Counted from the first letter of the whole stretch, positions 41,585 to 51,924 are shown. The stretch: 63,440 bases of DNA, filler included, from 7 parts of 7 records of this genome joined end to end with filler, not necessarily neighbours in it; one strand, 5' to 3'. Notes: generated by a model from the letters alone, not told the origin. Made by a program: numbers and translations.

Positions 41585-41881
41585 GTGTGTGTTTAAATTT
41601 TAACGGTGACCGGTTTGCCGGAGCGATGGAATTCGCATGATCTACACGCATCATTCGATTGGTGTTTTCGGAATCATGCTCATTTCATGGAGCTATAGTT
41701 TTGAGTCGTAATACTACCGAATGCAATTTAATGGGATTATGGGGGAGATTGTGAGGGTGAAGGCGAAAATAGGTAGAGTAAGTTTGTGCTCTTAATCAGA
41801 TATATTATACTTTAAAGTTGTTTATTTGTTATTTATAAACATTAATAACATTTTAAGGTGGAAATTCTAGTAACAGAATAG

Positions 41882-41889
41882 TACATTTG
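41882..41889 (+). promoter_or_regulatory. Bacteroidota primary-sigma -7 element
   Basis: TACATTTG fits TAnnTTTG, 18 nt upstream of the toxin ATG. Confidence 0.55.
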
Positions 41890-41907
41890 CAGAGCGATGT
41901 GAAGTAA

Positions 41908-42255
41908 ATGACTGATAAAAAAGAGGTTGATCAATTTCTTAGAGAATTTAAAGAAAAAATGAGTGTTACGAAAGTATTCTTTCGTGATGACAGAGGTAAG
42001 AATGCCCAAACTTTAGCTGATTTAGAACTTAGACCAATTGATCGAGAGAAAGTGTTGCAAAACCTGGAGGTTGAAGATTATTCCGAAGGGCCCCTTGAAG
42101 ACACTTTGTATAAAGGAAGTGACTTATGGGTTTTCGGGAAAGAAGTAAAAAGGAATGAGGTTTACATAAAGATCTCAATTGGATTTGGACAAGGTGGAGT
42201 TTTATGTATTTCATTTCATCAAGCCGAGCGAACCATGAACTACCCATTAAAATAG
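41908..42255 (+). CDS. MqsR/RelE-like type II toxin
   Basis: KN.QTL..L, DY.EGP..D, LWVFGK....EVYIK, CISFH pattern; directly upstream of HTH antitoxin. Confidence 0.8.
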   Translation: MTDKKEVDQFLREFKEKMSVTKVFFRDDRGKNAQTLADLELRPIDREKVLQNLEVEDYSEGPLEDTLYKGSDLWVFGKEVKRNEVYIKISIGFGQGGVLCISFHQAERTMNYPLK

Positions 42256-42261
42256 ATAGCG

Positions 42262-43266
42262 ATGCAAAGCCCAATTACAGGAAAGGAAATGTCATTGAAA
42301 TTTGAGTTAAGAAAACTCGATTTCAGAAAAGAGTCGTTTGATGTGGCGTATCATTTTTTTCTATGTGAAGAATCTGGTGAGCAGTTCACGACTACTGAGA
42401 TGGATGAATTAAATATGATTCAGCTATACAATCAGTATCGTGAGAAACATAATTTACCATTCCCCGAAGAAATAAAGGAGATAAGAGAAAAGTATGGTCT
42501 TGCCGCCACAAAAATGGCTGAGATATTGGGGTTTGGTATTAATAGCTATAGGAATTACGAAAGTGGTGAAGTGCCAAGTCAAGCCAATGCCAGATTGATA
42601 CAGCTGGCCAATGATCCAAAAAAGTTTTTGGATCTGGTTGAACTATCAGATGCTTTGGACGGGAATTCAAAAGAAAAACTGATTAAGAAACTTGAGCACT
42701 TGATTGCCAAACAACAGGAGGATTTATTCTCCTTGGAGCTCCAGGACTATTTATTGGGTGATCACGTTTCAGATCAATTCTCTGGTTACAGACAGCCCAA
42801 CATTAACAAATTGACGGAAATGGTTGTCTTTTTTAGCGAGCGATTAAAACCATATACCACGAAGCTGAATAAACTCTTGTTTTACGCTGATTTTCTGTCG
42901 TTTAAATTAATGTGCCAGTCCATGAGTGGGGCGCGATACAGGGCGATAGATAGGGGGCCTGTTCCCAATAACTTCCATAGTATTTTTGACTTCATGGCAA
43001 ATAATAAAAACATCGACATCAATCATGTTGTGTTTTCAAATGGGTATGAAGGGGAGCAATTTCTTGCGCGATCAAATAGGAAATTTAATCCAGAGGGATT
43101 CTCCAAAAAAGAGCTTGAACTGCTGGAGAAAGTCGCAAATCACTTCAAGGATATCTCAACTGCTGACATCATAGAATACAGTCACAAGGAAAGGGCCTGG
43201 ATTGAGAATGCAAAGGATAAAAAGATAATCAGTTATAAAGATTACGCATTTGAATTGTCGATTTAG
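42262..43266 (+). CDS. Antitoxin: MqsA-like ribbon + XRE HTH + Panacea (DUF4065/SocA) domain
   Basis: IREKYGL....AEILGFG.NSYRNYE.G HTH; KLNKLLFYADF, GPVP, SH.E.AW Panacea motifs. Confidence 0.85.
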   Translation: MQSPITGKEMSLKFELRKLDFRKESFDVAYHFFLCEESGEQFTTTEMDELNMIQLYNQYREKHNLPFPEEIKEIREKYGLAATKMAEILGFGINSYRNYESGEVPSQANARLIQLANDPKKFLDLVELSDALDGNSKEKLIKKLEHLIAKQQEDLFSLELQDYLLGDHVSDQFSGYRQPNINKLTEMVVFFSERLKPYTTKLNKLLFYADFLSFKLMCQSMSGARYRAIDRGPVPNNFHSIFDFMANNKNIDINHVVFSNGYEGEQFLARSNRKFNPEGFSKKELELLEKVANHFKDISTADIIEYSHKERAWIENAKDKKIISYKDYAFELSI

Positions 43267-43333
43267 AATAAAAAGACAGTTGAAAAGGAGTATAAAATTT
43301 TAGCCAATCAAAAGGAACTTCGGCCCTTTGGTG

Positions 43334-43433
43334 NNNNNNNNNNNNNNNNNNNNNNNNNNNNNNNNNNNNNNNNNNNNTTAATTAATTAANNNNNNNNNNN
43401 NNNNNNNNNNNNNNNNNNNNNNNNNNNNNNNNN
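43334..43433. other. Artificial contig linker
   Basis: N-run/TTAATTAATTAA/N-run. Confidence 0.99.
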
Positions 43434-43514
43434 GATCCCAATTCAACCGATGTCCGTGCCGGTCGCTGGGCCGGGCAGGACAAGACCGAATGCGGCATCC
43501 ACTACATCATCTGA
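43434..43514 (+). CDS. cysH: PAPS/APS reductase, C-terminal fragment
   Basis: Manual translation DPNSTDVRAGRWAGQDKTECGIHYII* (RxGRW...ECGIH). Confidence 0.88.
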   Translation, partial: DPNSTDVRAGRWAGQDKTECGIHYII

Positions 43515-43539
43515 TCCCGTTCGGTTCAAACGGATCATT

Positions 43540-43578
43540 AAAAAACGGCTGCCCCGAAACGGGCGGCCGTTTTGTTTT
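43540..43578 (+). terminator. Intrinsic terminator after cysH
   Basis: AAAACGGCTGCCC-cgaaac-GGGCGGCCGTTTT hairpin with T-rich tail. Confidence 0.8.
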
Positions 43579-43781
43579 GGTGCGGACTTGTGACGCCCAA
43601 TGATTGGAATTCGTCAAATTTGTTCCTTATTTACCTGAAAAATAAAAAGGAAGTTCTTTTTGCTTGGGTGAACCAGACGCGATCCTGATGCGTAAGGACA
43701 TGTAAATCCGGTCGCCTGACGTGAACCGACACGAAGTTTGCGCAGGCGGAAACAGAGATTTGGGACAAAAGGGCACATCAT

Positions 43782-45113
43782 ATGACAGCAGATCAGGCCA
43801 ACGTGCTTGAAGTTCTGCCCATTGGCATGTTCGAAGACCTCCCTGAAAACATGCACCGGGTGGAAACGCCAAAAAACTTTTCCGTCATTCTGTGTGACGA
43901 ACACGCAAATCTGAGCCGTGATGCGCTGATCACCCTGCGCGCGGCTGCCCGGCACGATCTTTTCCCCGTTTACTGGTTCGGGGCCGATCCCCCATCCTTT
44001 GCCGATGCCGTCTTTCCCGAAATTTCAATGCAGACCCTGCAACTCGCCTACCGGGATGCACAGGAAAAATACCGCCGGATCGGGCAGGTTGCCGCCCCCC
44101 ATAATGACGAGGATCGCGGTGCGCTGAATCTTCTGGCGTATCTGGTGACACGCGATATTGATGCCGTGCCCGCCTGGCATCCCGGCAGCCGCAGTTCGGT
44201 GACCTATGCCCGGTTGCGGCCTGATCTCGCATCGCGCTCGCTGTTATCGCAACTCCATCGGCAGGGGATGCTGGAACGGACCTTCTGGCGCAAGACCCAT
44301 ATGTGCCGCAAATGCAGTTCGGCCCGGCTGAATGTGGCTGAACATTGCCCGGAATGCCGGTCTTCCGATCTGGTGGAAATGGATATTGTCCACCATTTTG
44401 CCTGCGGTCATCAGGGGCCACAAAACGCCTTCCAACTGACGGCTGGCGGACGGATGATCTGTCCGTCCTGCGAACAGATGCTTAATCATTTCGGGGTGGA
44501 TTACGATAAACCCGGCCGGGTCGAGCTGTGTCAGAACTGCCAGACCGTGACCGAGGAACCCGAAGTCAATTTCGAATGCCTTGATTGCAAAACCCTGACG
44601 CCAAGCGACGAAGCCCCGCAGAATAACTGGTATCAATACAGTCTCACCTCGCTCGGGCGTGAAACCGTCATATCGGGGCGTTTGCCCGTGCCCGGTCTTG
44701 AAACCGCATTGGGCAGTTTCGAACCGTCAAAGGATTACGCAACCTTTGTCGCACTGCTTGATAACGGGCTTAGCACCGCACAGCGTTACGGTCGCCCGTT
44801 TGGCGTTTGCGCCATGCGCTTTGATCAGGGGCAGGATGACGATCACCAGCCCCGCCTTGTCAATGCCGCAAGTCGCGCAACCCTGATCAAGCTTCTGCGC
44901 GAAATCCTGCGGGATTCCGATTTCCTGTATGCCGAAGGCGAACAGATCGTCTTTGTCTTCCCCGAAACCGACGCCGGGCAGCTTGATGCCATCATCAGAC
45001 GGATCGAAGACGGCCTTCGCAAAAACATGACAGATCAGCCCGAATGCCGGTTCGAAGACTGGTCGGATCGGACGGTTCGCGACATCTTGCGCGGGATACG
45101 TGATGTTCGTTGA
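43782..45113 (+). CDS. Multi-Zn-ribbon (TackOD1-like) + degenerate GGDEF protein
   Basis: CRKC, CPEC, HHFAC, CPSC, CQNC, CLDC with GVDYDKP; C-terminal RYGRPF..LRDSDFLYAEGEQIVFVFPET. Confidence 0.8.
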   Translation: MTADQANVLEVLPIGMFEDLPENMHRVETPKNFSVILCDEHANLSRDALITLRAAARHDLFPVYWFGADPPSFADAVFPEISMQTLQLAYRDAQEKYRRIGQVAAPHNDEDRGALNLLAYLVTRDIDAVPAWHPGSRSSVTYARLRPDLASRSLLSQLHRQGMLERTFWRKTHMCRKCSSARLNVAEHCPECRSSDLVEMDIVHHFACGHQGPQNAFQLTAGGRMICPSCEQMLNHFGVDYDKPGRVELCQNCQTVTEEPEVNFECLDCKTLTPSDEAPQNNWYQYSLTSLGRETVISGRLPVPGLETALGSFEPSKDYATFVALLDNGLSTAQRYGRPFGVCAMRFDQGQDDDHQPRLVNAASRATLIKLLREILRDSDFLYAEGEQIVFVFPETDAGQLDAIIRRIEDGLRKNMTDQPECRFEDWSDRTVRDILRGIRDVR

Positions 45114-46383
45114 TGGTATCAATTATCTCCTGTCCTTAAGCTTCCCAGCATTCTTTGCCATGTTCTGGCATTTCTTTCTGCTGGAATTGCCGCGCTTTGT
45201 GATCGCCGGGATCGCGGTCTGTGTTGCCACGATGGTGCGGCGCCGGTCGGTCGCGCCGGGCCTGCCATTGGTGCGACCGCGGATTTCGGTCCTGCTGCCC
45301 GGCCATAACGAGGCAGAAAACCTGCCGCGCGCCATCATGTCGATGCGCGAACAGACCGTGCCCCCCGATCAGATCGTCGTGGTCGATGATGGTTCGACCG
45401 ATGACAGTGTTGCGGTGGCGACCGCCCTGCAAAAGGATGGCCTGATTGATGTGGTCCGCAGCATTCAGGTTCGCGGCGGAAAATCGGCGGCTGCCAATCT
45501 TGGTCTTGCCGAATGCATTGGCGATATCGTGATCATCGCGGACGCCGATACCACCTATGACTGCGATGCCTTTGAAAATCTGATTGCCGGTTTCAATGAT
45601 CCCAAAATCGGTGCGGTTGCCGGTAATCTTGGCGTGCGCAATCCCGATATCTCGCTTGCGACCCGCTGGCAGGCGATCCAGTACCAGATTTCCATCGGAC
45701 TTGGCCGGCAGGTTTCCGACATGCTTGGTGTGTTGTTCATCGTTTCGGGCGCGTTTGGCGCATTCCGTCGGCAGGCGCTTGAACAGGTTGGCGGCTGGTC
45801 GGTTGGCCCGGGCGAGGATGCGGAACTGACCAACAAGATCCGCCGTGCCGGGTGGCAGATGCAATTTTCCCCCGAAGCCTGGTGCCTGACCGATGTGCCC
45901 GAAACATTTGCCCAGCTTGCCCGGCAACGCCTGCGGTGGGACCGGTCACTGGTGCGGATGCGCTGGCGGCGGTTCCGGGTGTTTCTGGACCCGACCGATG
46001 CGCGGTTCCGCCTGTCCAATGCGCTTGGCACCATCGATATCCTGTTCTTTCAGGCCCTTCTGTCGCTGTCTTTCGTGATCTATCTGATCTGGCTGTTTGA
46101 TGTTTACGGAAGCTTCGGCTGGATCATCGCGGTGGTCAATCTGCTGGCCTATTCACTGTTTGGCATTGCCGGTTTTGCCATGGCCCGGATCGCCGCCCCC
46201 AATGCGCGGGTGGCGGGGCTTTGGCCCTATGTTCTCGGTTACGGTGTGTTCAATTCGCTGTTTCTGCGTTTCGTCCGGCTGGTCGCCTGTTTTGATGAAC
46301 TGATTTTCCGCCGGTCCTTTGATGACAATTATGTCCCGCGCCGGGTGCGTCATGCCGCGCGCAGGTCCCGCGTCGATAATTGA
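45103..46383 (+). CDS. Processive GT2 polysaccharide synthase (PgaC/IcaA/HAS-like)
   Basis: DDGSTD, GKSAA, DAD, SGAFGAFR, GED and QRLRW (QxxRW); N- and C-terminal TM helices; overlaps upstream stop. Confidence 0.9.
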   Translation: MFVDGINYLLSLSFPAFFAMFWHFFLLELPRFVIAGIAVCVATMVRRRSVAPGLPLVRPRISVLLPGHNEAENLPRAIMSMREQTVPPDQIVVVDDGSTDDSVAVATALQKDGLIDVVRSIQVRGGKSAAANLGLAECIGDIVIIADADTTYDCDAFENLIAGFNDPKIGAVAGNLGVRNPDISLATRWQAIQYQISIGLGRQVSDMLGVLFIVSGAFGAFRRQALEQVGGWSVGPGEDAELTNKIRRAGWQMQFSPEAWCLTDVPETFAQLARQRLRWDRSLVRMRWRRFRVFLDPTDARFRLSNALGTIDILFFQALLSLSFVIYLIWLFDVYGSFGWIIAVVNLLAYSLFGIAGFAMARIAAPNARVAGLWPYVLGYGVFNSLFLRFVRLVACFDELIFRRSFDDNYVPRRVRHAARRSRVDN

Positions 46384-46405
46384 AAATCAATAAGAACGAG
46401 GCTCC

Positions 46406-47443
46406 ATGAAACTTAAAAATCATCGACCTTCAACCCGCCTGATCCGCGAACCGCGCGCAATGCCCAAAAAACGCAATCTGGGGCGCTGGATTTATATCGG
46501 CCTGCTGATGCTGATCGGTCTTTGGGCCTTCGATGTGTTTTTTGGCCAGTTCTTTTTCCTGCGCGGCAATGGACTGGTGGTTGCGCGTCCCTATGTCGTG
46601 GCATCGGAATATATCGGCACCGTACAGGATATCTCGGTCCGGCAGGGCGAGGCGGTCAATGAAGGCGATGTCGTCGCCTTTCTGAAATCCAAACAATATG
46701 ACGAGGAACTCGCGCGTTCACATTTCGAACTCTCGGCCCTGTCGGCGGATCGCGCCCGCCTGACGAGCGAGCTGAACGGGCAACGCGAACTGATTGAGCT
46801 TGCGAAAAAACGTCTGTCTTCCGCTACCAGCTTCCGCGACCGCCTTGAAACCGGTCTTGCCAACGGTGTTTCCACCGGTACGGCGCTAAATACCGCATAT
46901 GAACGGGAATACACCGCGCGCGAGGACCTTGAACGGATCACATCCGATATCACGTCACTGCGTGCCGAACTGGCCGCGCTCTATCAGCAAATCGATCAGC
47001 GTCGCGTTCTGATGCAGAAAATCGAAGCCGCCTATGACGAGGGCCGCCTTGTCGCCCCGGCAGGCGGTATCGTGACCGAGGTCAATGCAATCGAAAGCAG
47101 CGTGATCCGCCCCGGCGATCCGATCATGACGATTGCCGCCGGTACGCCCTATGTGCTGGCCTATTTCGAAAACGGCTCGCTTTACGATATCGAACCGGGG
47201 CAGCAAGTAACGATGTATTACGGCACCAGAAACCTGACCGGGATCGTGACCGCCCTTCTGCCGGTGTCCGAACAGCTCCCCGAAGAATTCCAGCGATCAT
47301 TCGAGCCGACCGACCGCGCCCAGATTGCCGAAATCCGCATCGCCAATCCCGAAAACTTCCCGCCCCTGTTTGCCAAGCTTGATATTGGCGGCGGCCTGTT
47401 TTCATCGATCCATCGCCTGTTTGACTGGATGCTGGAAGCCTGA
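46406..47443 (+). CDS. HlyD-family membrane-fusion protein
   Basis: Single N-terminal TM, lipoyl half-motifs (VRQGEAV; APAGGIV), long coiled coil; GAGG RBS. Confidence 0.85.
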   Translation: MKLKNHRPSTRLIREPRAMPKKRNLGRWIYIGLLMLIGLWAFDVFFGQFFFLRGNGLVVARPYVVASEYIGTVQDISVRQGEAVNEGDVVAFLKSKQYDEELARSHFELSALSADRARLTSELNGQRELIELAKKRLSSATSFRDRLETGLANGVSTGTALNTAYEREYTAREDLERITSDITSLRAELAALYQQIDQRRVLMQKIEAAYDEGRLVAPAGGIVTEVNAIESSVIRPGDPIMTIAAGTPYVLAYFENGSLYDIEPGQQVTMYYGTRNLTGIVTALLPVSEQLPEEFQRSFEPTDRAQIAEIRIANPENFPPLFAKLDIGGGLFSSIHRLFDWMLEA

Positions 47444-47674
47444 CGCGAAAACGCGTCATCGCATCGCGGTCCGTCATGCCGGAAGCGCACCTCACCCCAA
47501 AAGGCAACAGCGTTGTCGCATGGCAGACACAAATCCCGCCATCGATGATCGGCCTTTCGGCATGTCCGAATGCACCATCGGCTCATCGCCAGGCCACGCC
47601 AGCCAATTTAGCCCGCCGATCCGATGCAGACGCAATTCGGGCCTGCTGATTCTCGGCATTGTCACGCTTCACCG

Positions 47675-47774
47675 NNNNNNNNNNNNNNNNNNNNNNNNNN
47701 NNNNNNNNNNNNNNNNNNTTAATTAATTAANNNNNNNNNNNNNNNNNNNNNNNNNNNNNNNNNNNNNNNNNNNN
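47675..47774. other. Artificial contig linker
   Basis: N-run/TTAATTAATTAA/N-run. Confidence 0.99.
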
Positions 47775-47775
47775 G

Positions 47776-47922
47776 GATAGTTTTATGAAGAGCATGACCT
47801 TTCAGAAAATATCCGAAAAAGGCATCAAAGGTATCGGAACTGCCATTGAACTGATGGCTGAAGCGGAAGGATTGCAGGCACATAAAAATGCGGTAACCCT
47901 TAGATTAAAAAGTTTAAAATAA
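47776..47922 (+). CDS. hisD: Histidinol dehydrogenase, C-terminal fragment
   Basis: Manual translation DSFMKSMTFQ...MAEAEGLQAHKNAVTLRL; stop overlaps hisC start. Confidence 0.93.
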   Translation, partial: DSFMKSMTFQKISEKGIKGIGTAIELMAEAEGLQAHKNAVTLRLKSLK

Positions 47923-48968
47923 TGGAAGGGTTTGATTTAAATAAATTGGTGAGGGAATCGGTTCTTAAGCTACAACCGTACTCTTCCGCACGTGATGAAT
48001 ATGTCTCGGATGGTTCGGAGATGATATTTTTGGATGCCAACGAAAATCCCTTCGATAATGGCGTCAACCGCTACCCAGACCCTTACCAGCGAAGTTTAAA
48101 ATCGTTGTTGGCGGAGCAGAAAGGAGTGTCAGAAAATCAAATTTTACTCGGGAATGGGAGCGACGAGGTCTTGGATTTGATCTACAGGGCGTTTTGTGAA
48201 CCGAATCAGGATAATATTATCACGCTGCCACCAACTTACGGAATGTACAAGGTGCTGGCAGGCATCAATGCAGTTAAAAACAAGGAGGTTCTGTTAACCA
48301 ATGATTTCGAACCCAATGTGGATGAAATTTTAATGGCGGTGAATATCAAAACCAAGTTGTTATTCATTTGTTCGCCAAATAATCCTACGGGCAACGCTTT
48401 CAAAGAAGAAGCCATCGAAAAATTGCTGAAATACTTTCAGGGCTTGGTGGTGATTGACGAAGCCTATATCGATTTTTCAAAGGATGAAAGTTGGTTGTCG
48501 AAATTGGATGACTATCCCAATTTGATTGTGACCCAAACGCTGTCCAAAGCCTATGGACTGGCTGGTATCCGATTGGGCATATGCTATGCATCAGAAGAAA
48601 TTATCGGTGTTTTGAACAAAATCAAACCACCCTACAATGTCAACCAATTGACGCAGCAACGTGCCTTACAACGGGTGTTGAACCAAGACTTGGTCAATAG
48701 AGAGGTGCAACAGATTCTTGATGAAAGAGATGAATTGATCAATGCTTTGAACGGTTTGGAATTTGTAAGGGAATTATATCCAACCGACGCCAATTTTGTA
48801 TTGGCCAAAGTTGACGATGCCAACAAACGCTACCAACAATTATTGGATAAACAAGTGGTGGTGCGTAACCGAAGCACGCAGCCGCTCTGTGAGAATACGT
48901 TGCGATTTACCGTAGGCACACCAGAGGAGAACAAAAAATTGATAGCCATTTTAAAAGAATTGAACTAA
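47922..48968 (+). CDS. hisC: Histidinol-phosphate aminotransferase
   Basis: [35 protein letters not shown] motifs. Confidence 0.97.
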   Translation: MEGFDLNKLVRESVLKLQPYSSARDEYVSDGSEMIFLDANENPFDNGVNRYPDPYQRSLKSLLAEQKGVSENQILLGNGSDEVLDLIYRAFCEPNQDNIITLPPTYGMYKVLAGINAVKNKEVLLTNDFEPNVDEILMAVNIKTKLLFICSPNNPTGNAFKEEAIEKLLKYFQGLVVIDEAYIDFSKDESWLSKLDDYPNLIVTQTLSKAYGLAGIRLGICYASEEIIGVLNKIKPPYNVNQLTQQRALQRVLNQDLVNREVQQILDERDELINALNGLEFVRELYPTDANFVLAKVDDANKRYQQLLDKQVVVRNRSTQPLCENTLRFTVGTPEENKKLIAILKELN

Positions 48969-50104
48969 TGGGCAAAAAAGTATTGTTTATTGATCGTGAT
49001 GGAACCATCATCAAGGAAACTGTAGATGAGCAGATAGATGCTTTTGAAAAAATGGTTTTTTACCCTAAGGTATTTACTTATTTGGGCAAAATTGCCAAAG
49101 AGTTGGACTATGAACTGGTGATGATCACCAATCAAGATGGCCTTGGGACCGACATTTTTCCTGAGAATACGTTTTGGCCCGTACATAATTTCATCATCAA
49201 AGCTTTTGAGAGCGAAGGTGTAAATTTCGATAATGTTTTTATTGACAGGACCTTTCCAAAAGACAACGCCAATACCCGAAAACCAGGTACGGGTATGTTG
49301 ACCTCCTATTTTTCCGATGAATATGATTTAGCCAATTCATTTGTGATTGGTGACCGTTTGACAGATGTTGAATTGGCCAAAAATCTGGGTGCCAAAGGAA
49401 TCTTTATCAATGATGAAACACATTTGGGCACAGGGGAAATTACAGTAAAACGTGAAGAATTGGATGAGTACATCGCCTTGGAAAGCAACGATTGGGAGAA
49501 AATTTATGAATTTCTAAAATTGGAAAATCGTGTTGCGGAAATAACCCGAAAAACTAACGAGACCGATATCTATATCAAAATTAACCTTGACGGCACAGGA
49601 AAAAGTGACATCAATACAGGTCTGGCGTTTTTTGACCATATGTTGGACCAGCTAGCTAGGCACGGACAAATGGATTTGGAAATCAGAGTAGATGGCGATT
49701 TAGAGGTGGATGAACACCACACCATTGAAGATACCGCTATTGCCTTGGGCGAGCTGTTTTCCAAAGCTTTGGGCAATAAGTTGGGCATTGAACGCTATGG
49801 TTTTGCCTTGCCCATGGACGATTGTCTTGCACAAGTTGCCATTGATTTTGGAGGACGGAATTGGTTGGTCTGGGATACCGAATTCAAACGTGAAAAAGTG
49901 GGTGATATGCCAACGGAAATGTTCATGCACTTTTTTAAATCGTTTACCGATGGCGCCAAAGCCAATTTGAACATCAAGGCCGAAGGAACCAACGAACACC
50001 ATAAAATCGAGGCCATATTCAAAGCTTTTGCCAAGTCCATTAAAATGGCGGTAAAACGGGATGCTGAAAAAATGGTGCTGCCCTCTACCAAGGGTATGCT
50101 ATAA
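48968..50104 (+). CDS. hisB: Bifunctional histidinol-phosphatase/imidazoleglycerol-phosphate dehydratase
   Basis: FIDRDGT HAD domain; DEHHTIED and NEHHKIE motifs. Confidence 0.97.
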   Translation: MGKKVLFIDRDGTIIKETVDEQIDAFEKMVFYPKVFTYLGKIAKELDYELVMITNQDGLGTDIFPENTFWPVHNFIIKAFESEGVNFDNVFIDRTFPKDNANTRKPGTGMLTSYFSDEYDLANSFVIGDRLTDVELAKNLGAKGIFINDETHLGTGEITVKREELDEYIALESNDWEKIYEFLKLENRVAEITRKTNETDIYIKINLDGTGKSDINTGLAFFDHMLDQLARHGQMDLEIRVDGDLEVDEHHTIEDTAIALGELFSKALGNKLGIERYGFALPMDDCLAQVAIDFGGRNWLVWDTEFKREKVGDMPTEMFMHFFKSFTDGAKANLNIKAEGTNEHHKIEAIFKAFAKSIKMAVKRDAEKMVLPSTKGML

Positions 50105-50109
50105 AAAAC

Positions 50110-50170
50110 TGTCATTTCGAAGGAGCTTGCGACTGATAAATCTAGATTTCTCGCTTTGCTCGAAATGACA
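50110..50170. repeat. REP-like palindromic intergenic element
   Basis: Perfect 11-bp inverted ends TGTCATTTCGA...TCGAAATGACA with inner AAATCTAGATTT palindrome. Confidence 0.7.
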
Positions 50171-50186
50171 AAAGATTAAAGAATAC

Positions 50187-50771
50187 ATGAAGATTGTAAT
50201 AATCGATTACGGAGCAGGAAATATTCAAAGTATCATGTTTGCCATACAACGCTTAGGTTACGAAGCTGTTTTGAGCCATGATGCAGAAGAAATCCGAAAT
50301 GCCGATAAAGTAATTTTTCCTGGAGTTGGGGAAGCAAGTTCAGCCATGTCAAAGTTGAGGGCGACTGGACTGGATCAGGTGATTCCGACTTTGAAACAAC
50401 CCGTCTTGGGCATCTGTTTGGGTATGCAGCTGATGTGCCACTCATCAGAAGAGGGGAACACGGAAGGCTTGGGCATCTTTGATTTGGATGTGGTCAAATT
50501 CTCCAACAAAGTGAAAGTGCCACAAATTGGATGGAATCAGATTTCGGACTTAAAAAGCAAGTTGTTTACCGATATTCCTGATAAATCCTATATCTATTTG
50601 GTGCACAGTTTTTATGCTCCGATTGGCTCTGAAACTATTGCCAAATCCGAATACGATGTGGAATATAGTGCAGCTCTGCAGAAAGAAAATTTTTATGGGG
50701 TACAGTTCCATCCCGAAAAAAGCAGCGATATAGGTAGTGAAATATTGAACAATTTTCTAAATATTACCTGA
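50187..50771 (+). CDS. hisH: Imidazole glycerol phosphate synthase glutaminase subunit
   Basis: DYGAGN, PGVG, GICLGMQL, QFHPEKS motifs. Confidence 0.97.
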   Translation: MKIVIIDYGAGNIQSIMFAIQRLGYEAVLSHDAEEIRNADKVIFPGVGEASSAMSKLRATGLDQVIPTLKQPVLGICLGMQLMCHSSEEGNTEGLGIFDLDVVKFSNKVKVPQIGWNQISDLKSKLFTDIPDKSYIYLVHSFYAPIGSETIAKSEYDVEYSAALQKENFYGVQFHPEKSSDIGSEILNNFLNIT

Positions 50772-50772
50772 C

Positions 50773-51189
50773 ATGGAGTTCCATATTTTGAAGGACAAGG
50801 AGAAATTGGATATCCCAAGAATCCATAAAGAGGTAACCTCCACATACTGGGGAAAGGAAAGAACCTGGGACGAAACCTTGATGGCCATTGAAAAAAGTAT
50901 CTGCTTTGGAATGTTCAATAAGAACGGTGAGCAGGTTGCTTACGCCAGAATGATGACAGACGGTTTGGTTTTTTCCTATATTATGGATGTTGTCGTCTTT
51001 GATCCCAACAAGGGCAAAGGACTTGGGAAAAAATTGGTGCAATATATTTTGGACCAGCCTGATGTGAAGAAAGTCAACACTGTAGCACTAAAAACATTGG
51101 ATGCCCATAGTTTTTATGAAAACATGGGCTTTAAAAAAGTGGGAGATTCAAAAATGTGGATGTCCATAGAACGAGTAAAATATGATTAG
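50773..51189 (+). CDS. GNAT-family N-acetyltransferase
   Basis: YIMDV.V....KGKGLGK and AH.FY...GF motifs. Confidence 0.88.
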   Translation: MEFHILKDKEKLDIPRIHKEVTSTYWGKERTWDETLMAIEKSICFGMFNKNGEQVAYARMMTDGLVFSYIMDVVVFDPNKGKGLGKKLVQYILDQPDVKKVNTVALKTLDAHSFYENMGFKKVGDSKMWMSIERVKYD

Positions 51190-51192
51190 AAA

Positions 51193-51924
51193 ATGAGATT
51201 GATTCCAGCTATAGATATCATTGATGGTAAATGTGTACGCCTATCAAAAGGTGATTATAGCACCAAAAAAATCTATAATGAAAATCCGTTGGAAGTTGCA
51301 AAGGAGTTTGAGGCACACGGTATCCAGCACCTACATTTGGTAGATTTGGACGGGGCTAAATCCAAACATATTGTCAACTACAAAGTATTGGAGACCATTG
51401 CCTTAAAAACCAGTTTGCAAATTGACTTTGGCGGTGGATTAAAATCAGGAGACGACCTGCATGTTGCCTTTGAAAGCGGAGCACATCAAATTACCGGTGG
51501 AAGCATTGCAGTAAAAGACAGGGAAACTTTTTTGAGCTGGGTGTCAACATACGGGGCTAGAAAAATCATTCTAGGTGCCGATGCCAACAACGAGAAAGTA
51601 GCGGTTTCGGGCTGGCAAGAAGAGTCGGATTTGGAGCTGATTCCTTTCGTTCAGCAGTATCAATCCGAAGGTATCGAATATGTGATTTGCACGGATATAA
51701 GCAAGGATGGCATGCTGCAAGGCCCTGCGTTCGACTTGTATCAAAAAATGTTGGCCCAAACCAAAAAAGGCTTAAATTTAATTGCCAGTGGTGGAATTTC
51801 CACTTTTGACGAACTCCCCAGACTTGCCGAACTTGGTTGTGAAGGTACAATCATAGGCAAAGCCATTTATGAAGGCAAGATCAGTTTAAAACAGTTGGAA
51901 CAATATATTCTTAAAAATGGATAA
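51193..51924 (+). CDS. hisA: ProFAR isomerase
   Basis: [31 protein letters not shown] motifs. Confidence 0.97.
   Translation: MRLIPAIDIIDGKCVRLSKGDYSTKKIYNENPLEVAKEFEAHGIQHLHLVDLDGAKSKHIVNYKVLETIALKTSLQIDFGGGLKSGDDLHVAFESGAHQITGGSIAVKDRETFLSWVSTYGARKIILGADANNEKVAVSGWQEESDLELIPFVQQYQSEGIEYVICTDISKDGMLQGPAFDLYQKMLAQTKKGLNLIASGGISTFDELPRLAELGCEGTIIGKAIYEGKISLKQLEQYILKNG

Noticed and set aside
44700-45113. Active diguanylate cyclase
   Set aside because: GG(D/E)EF is replaced by GEQIV
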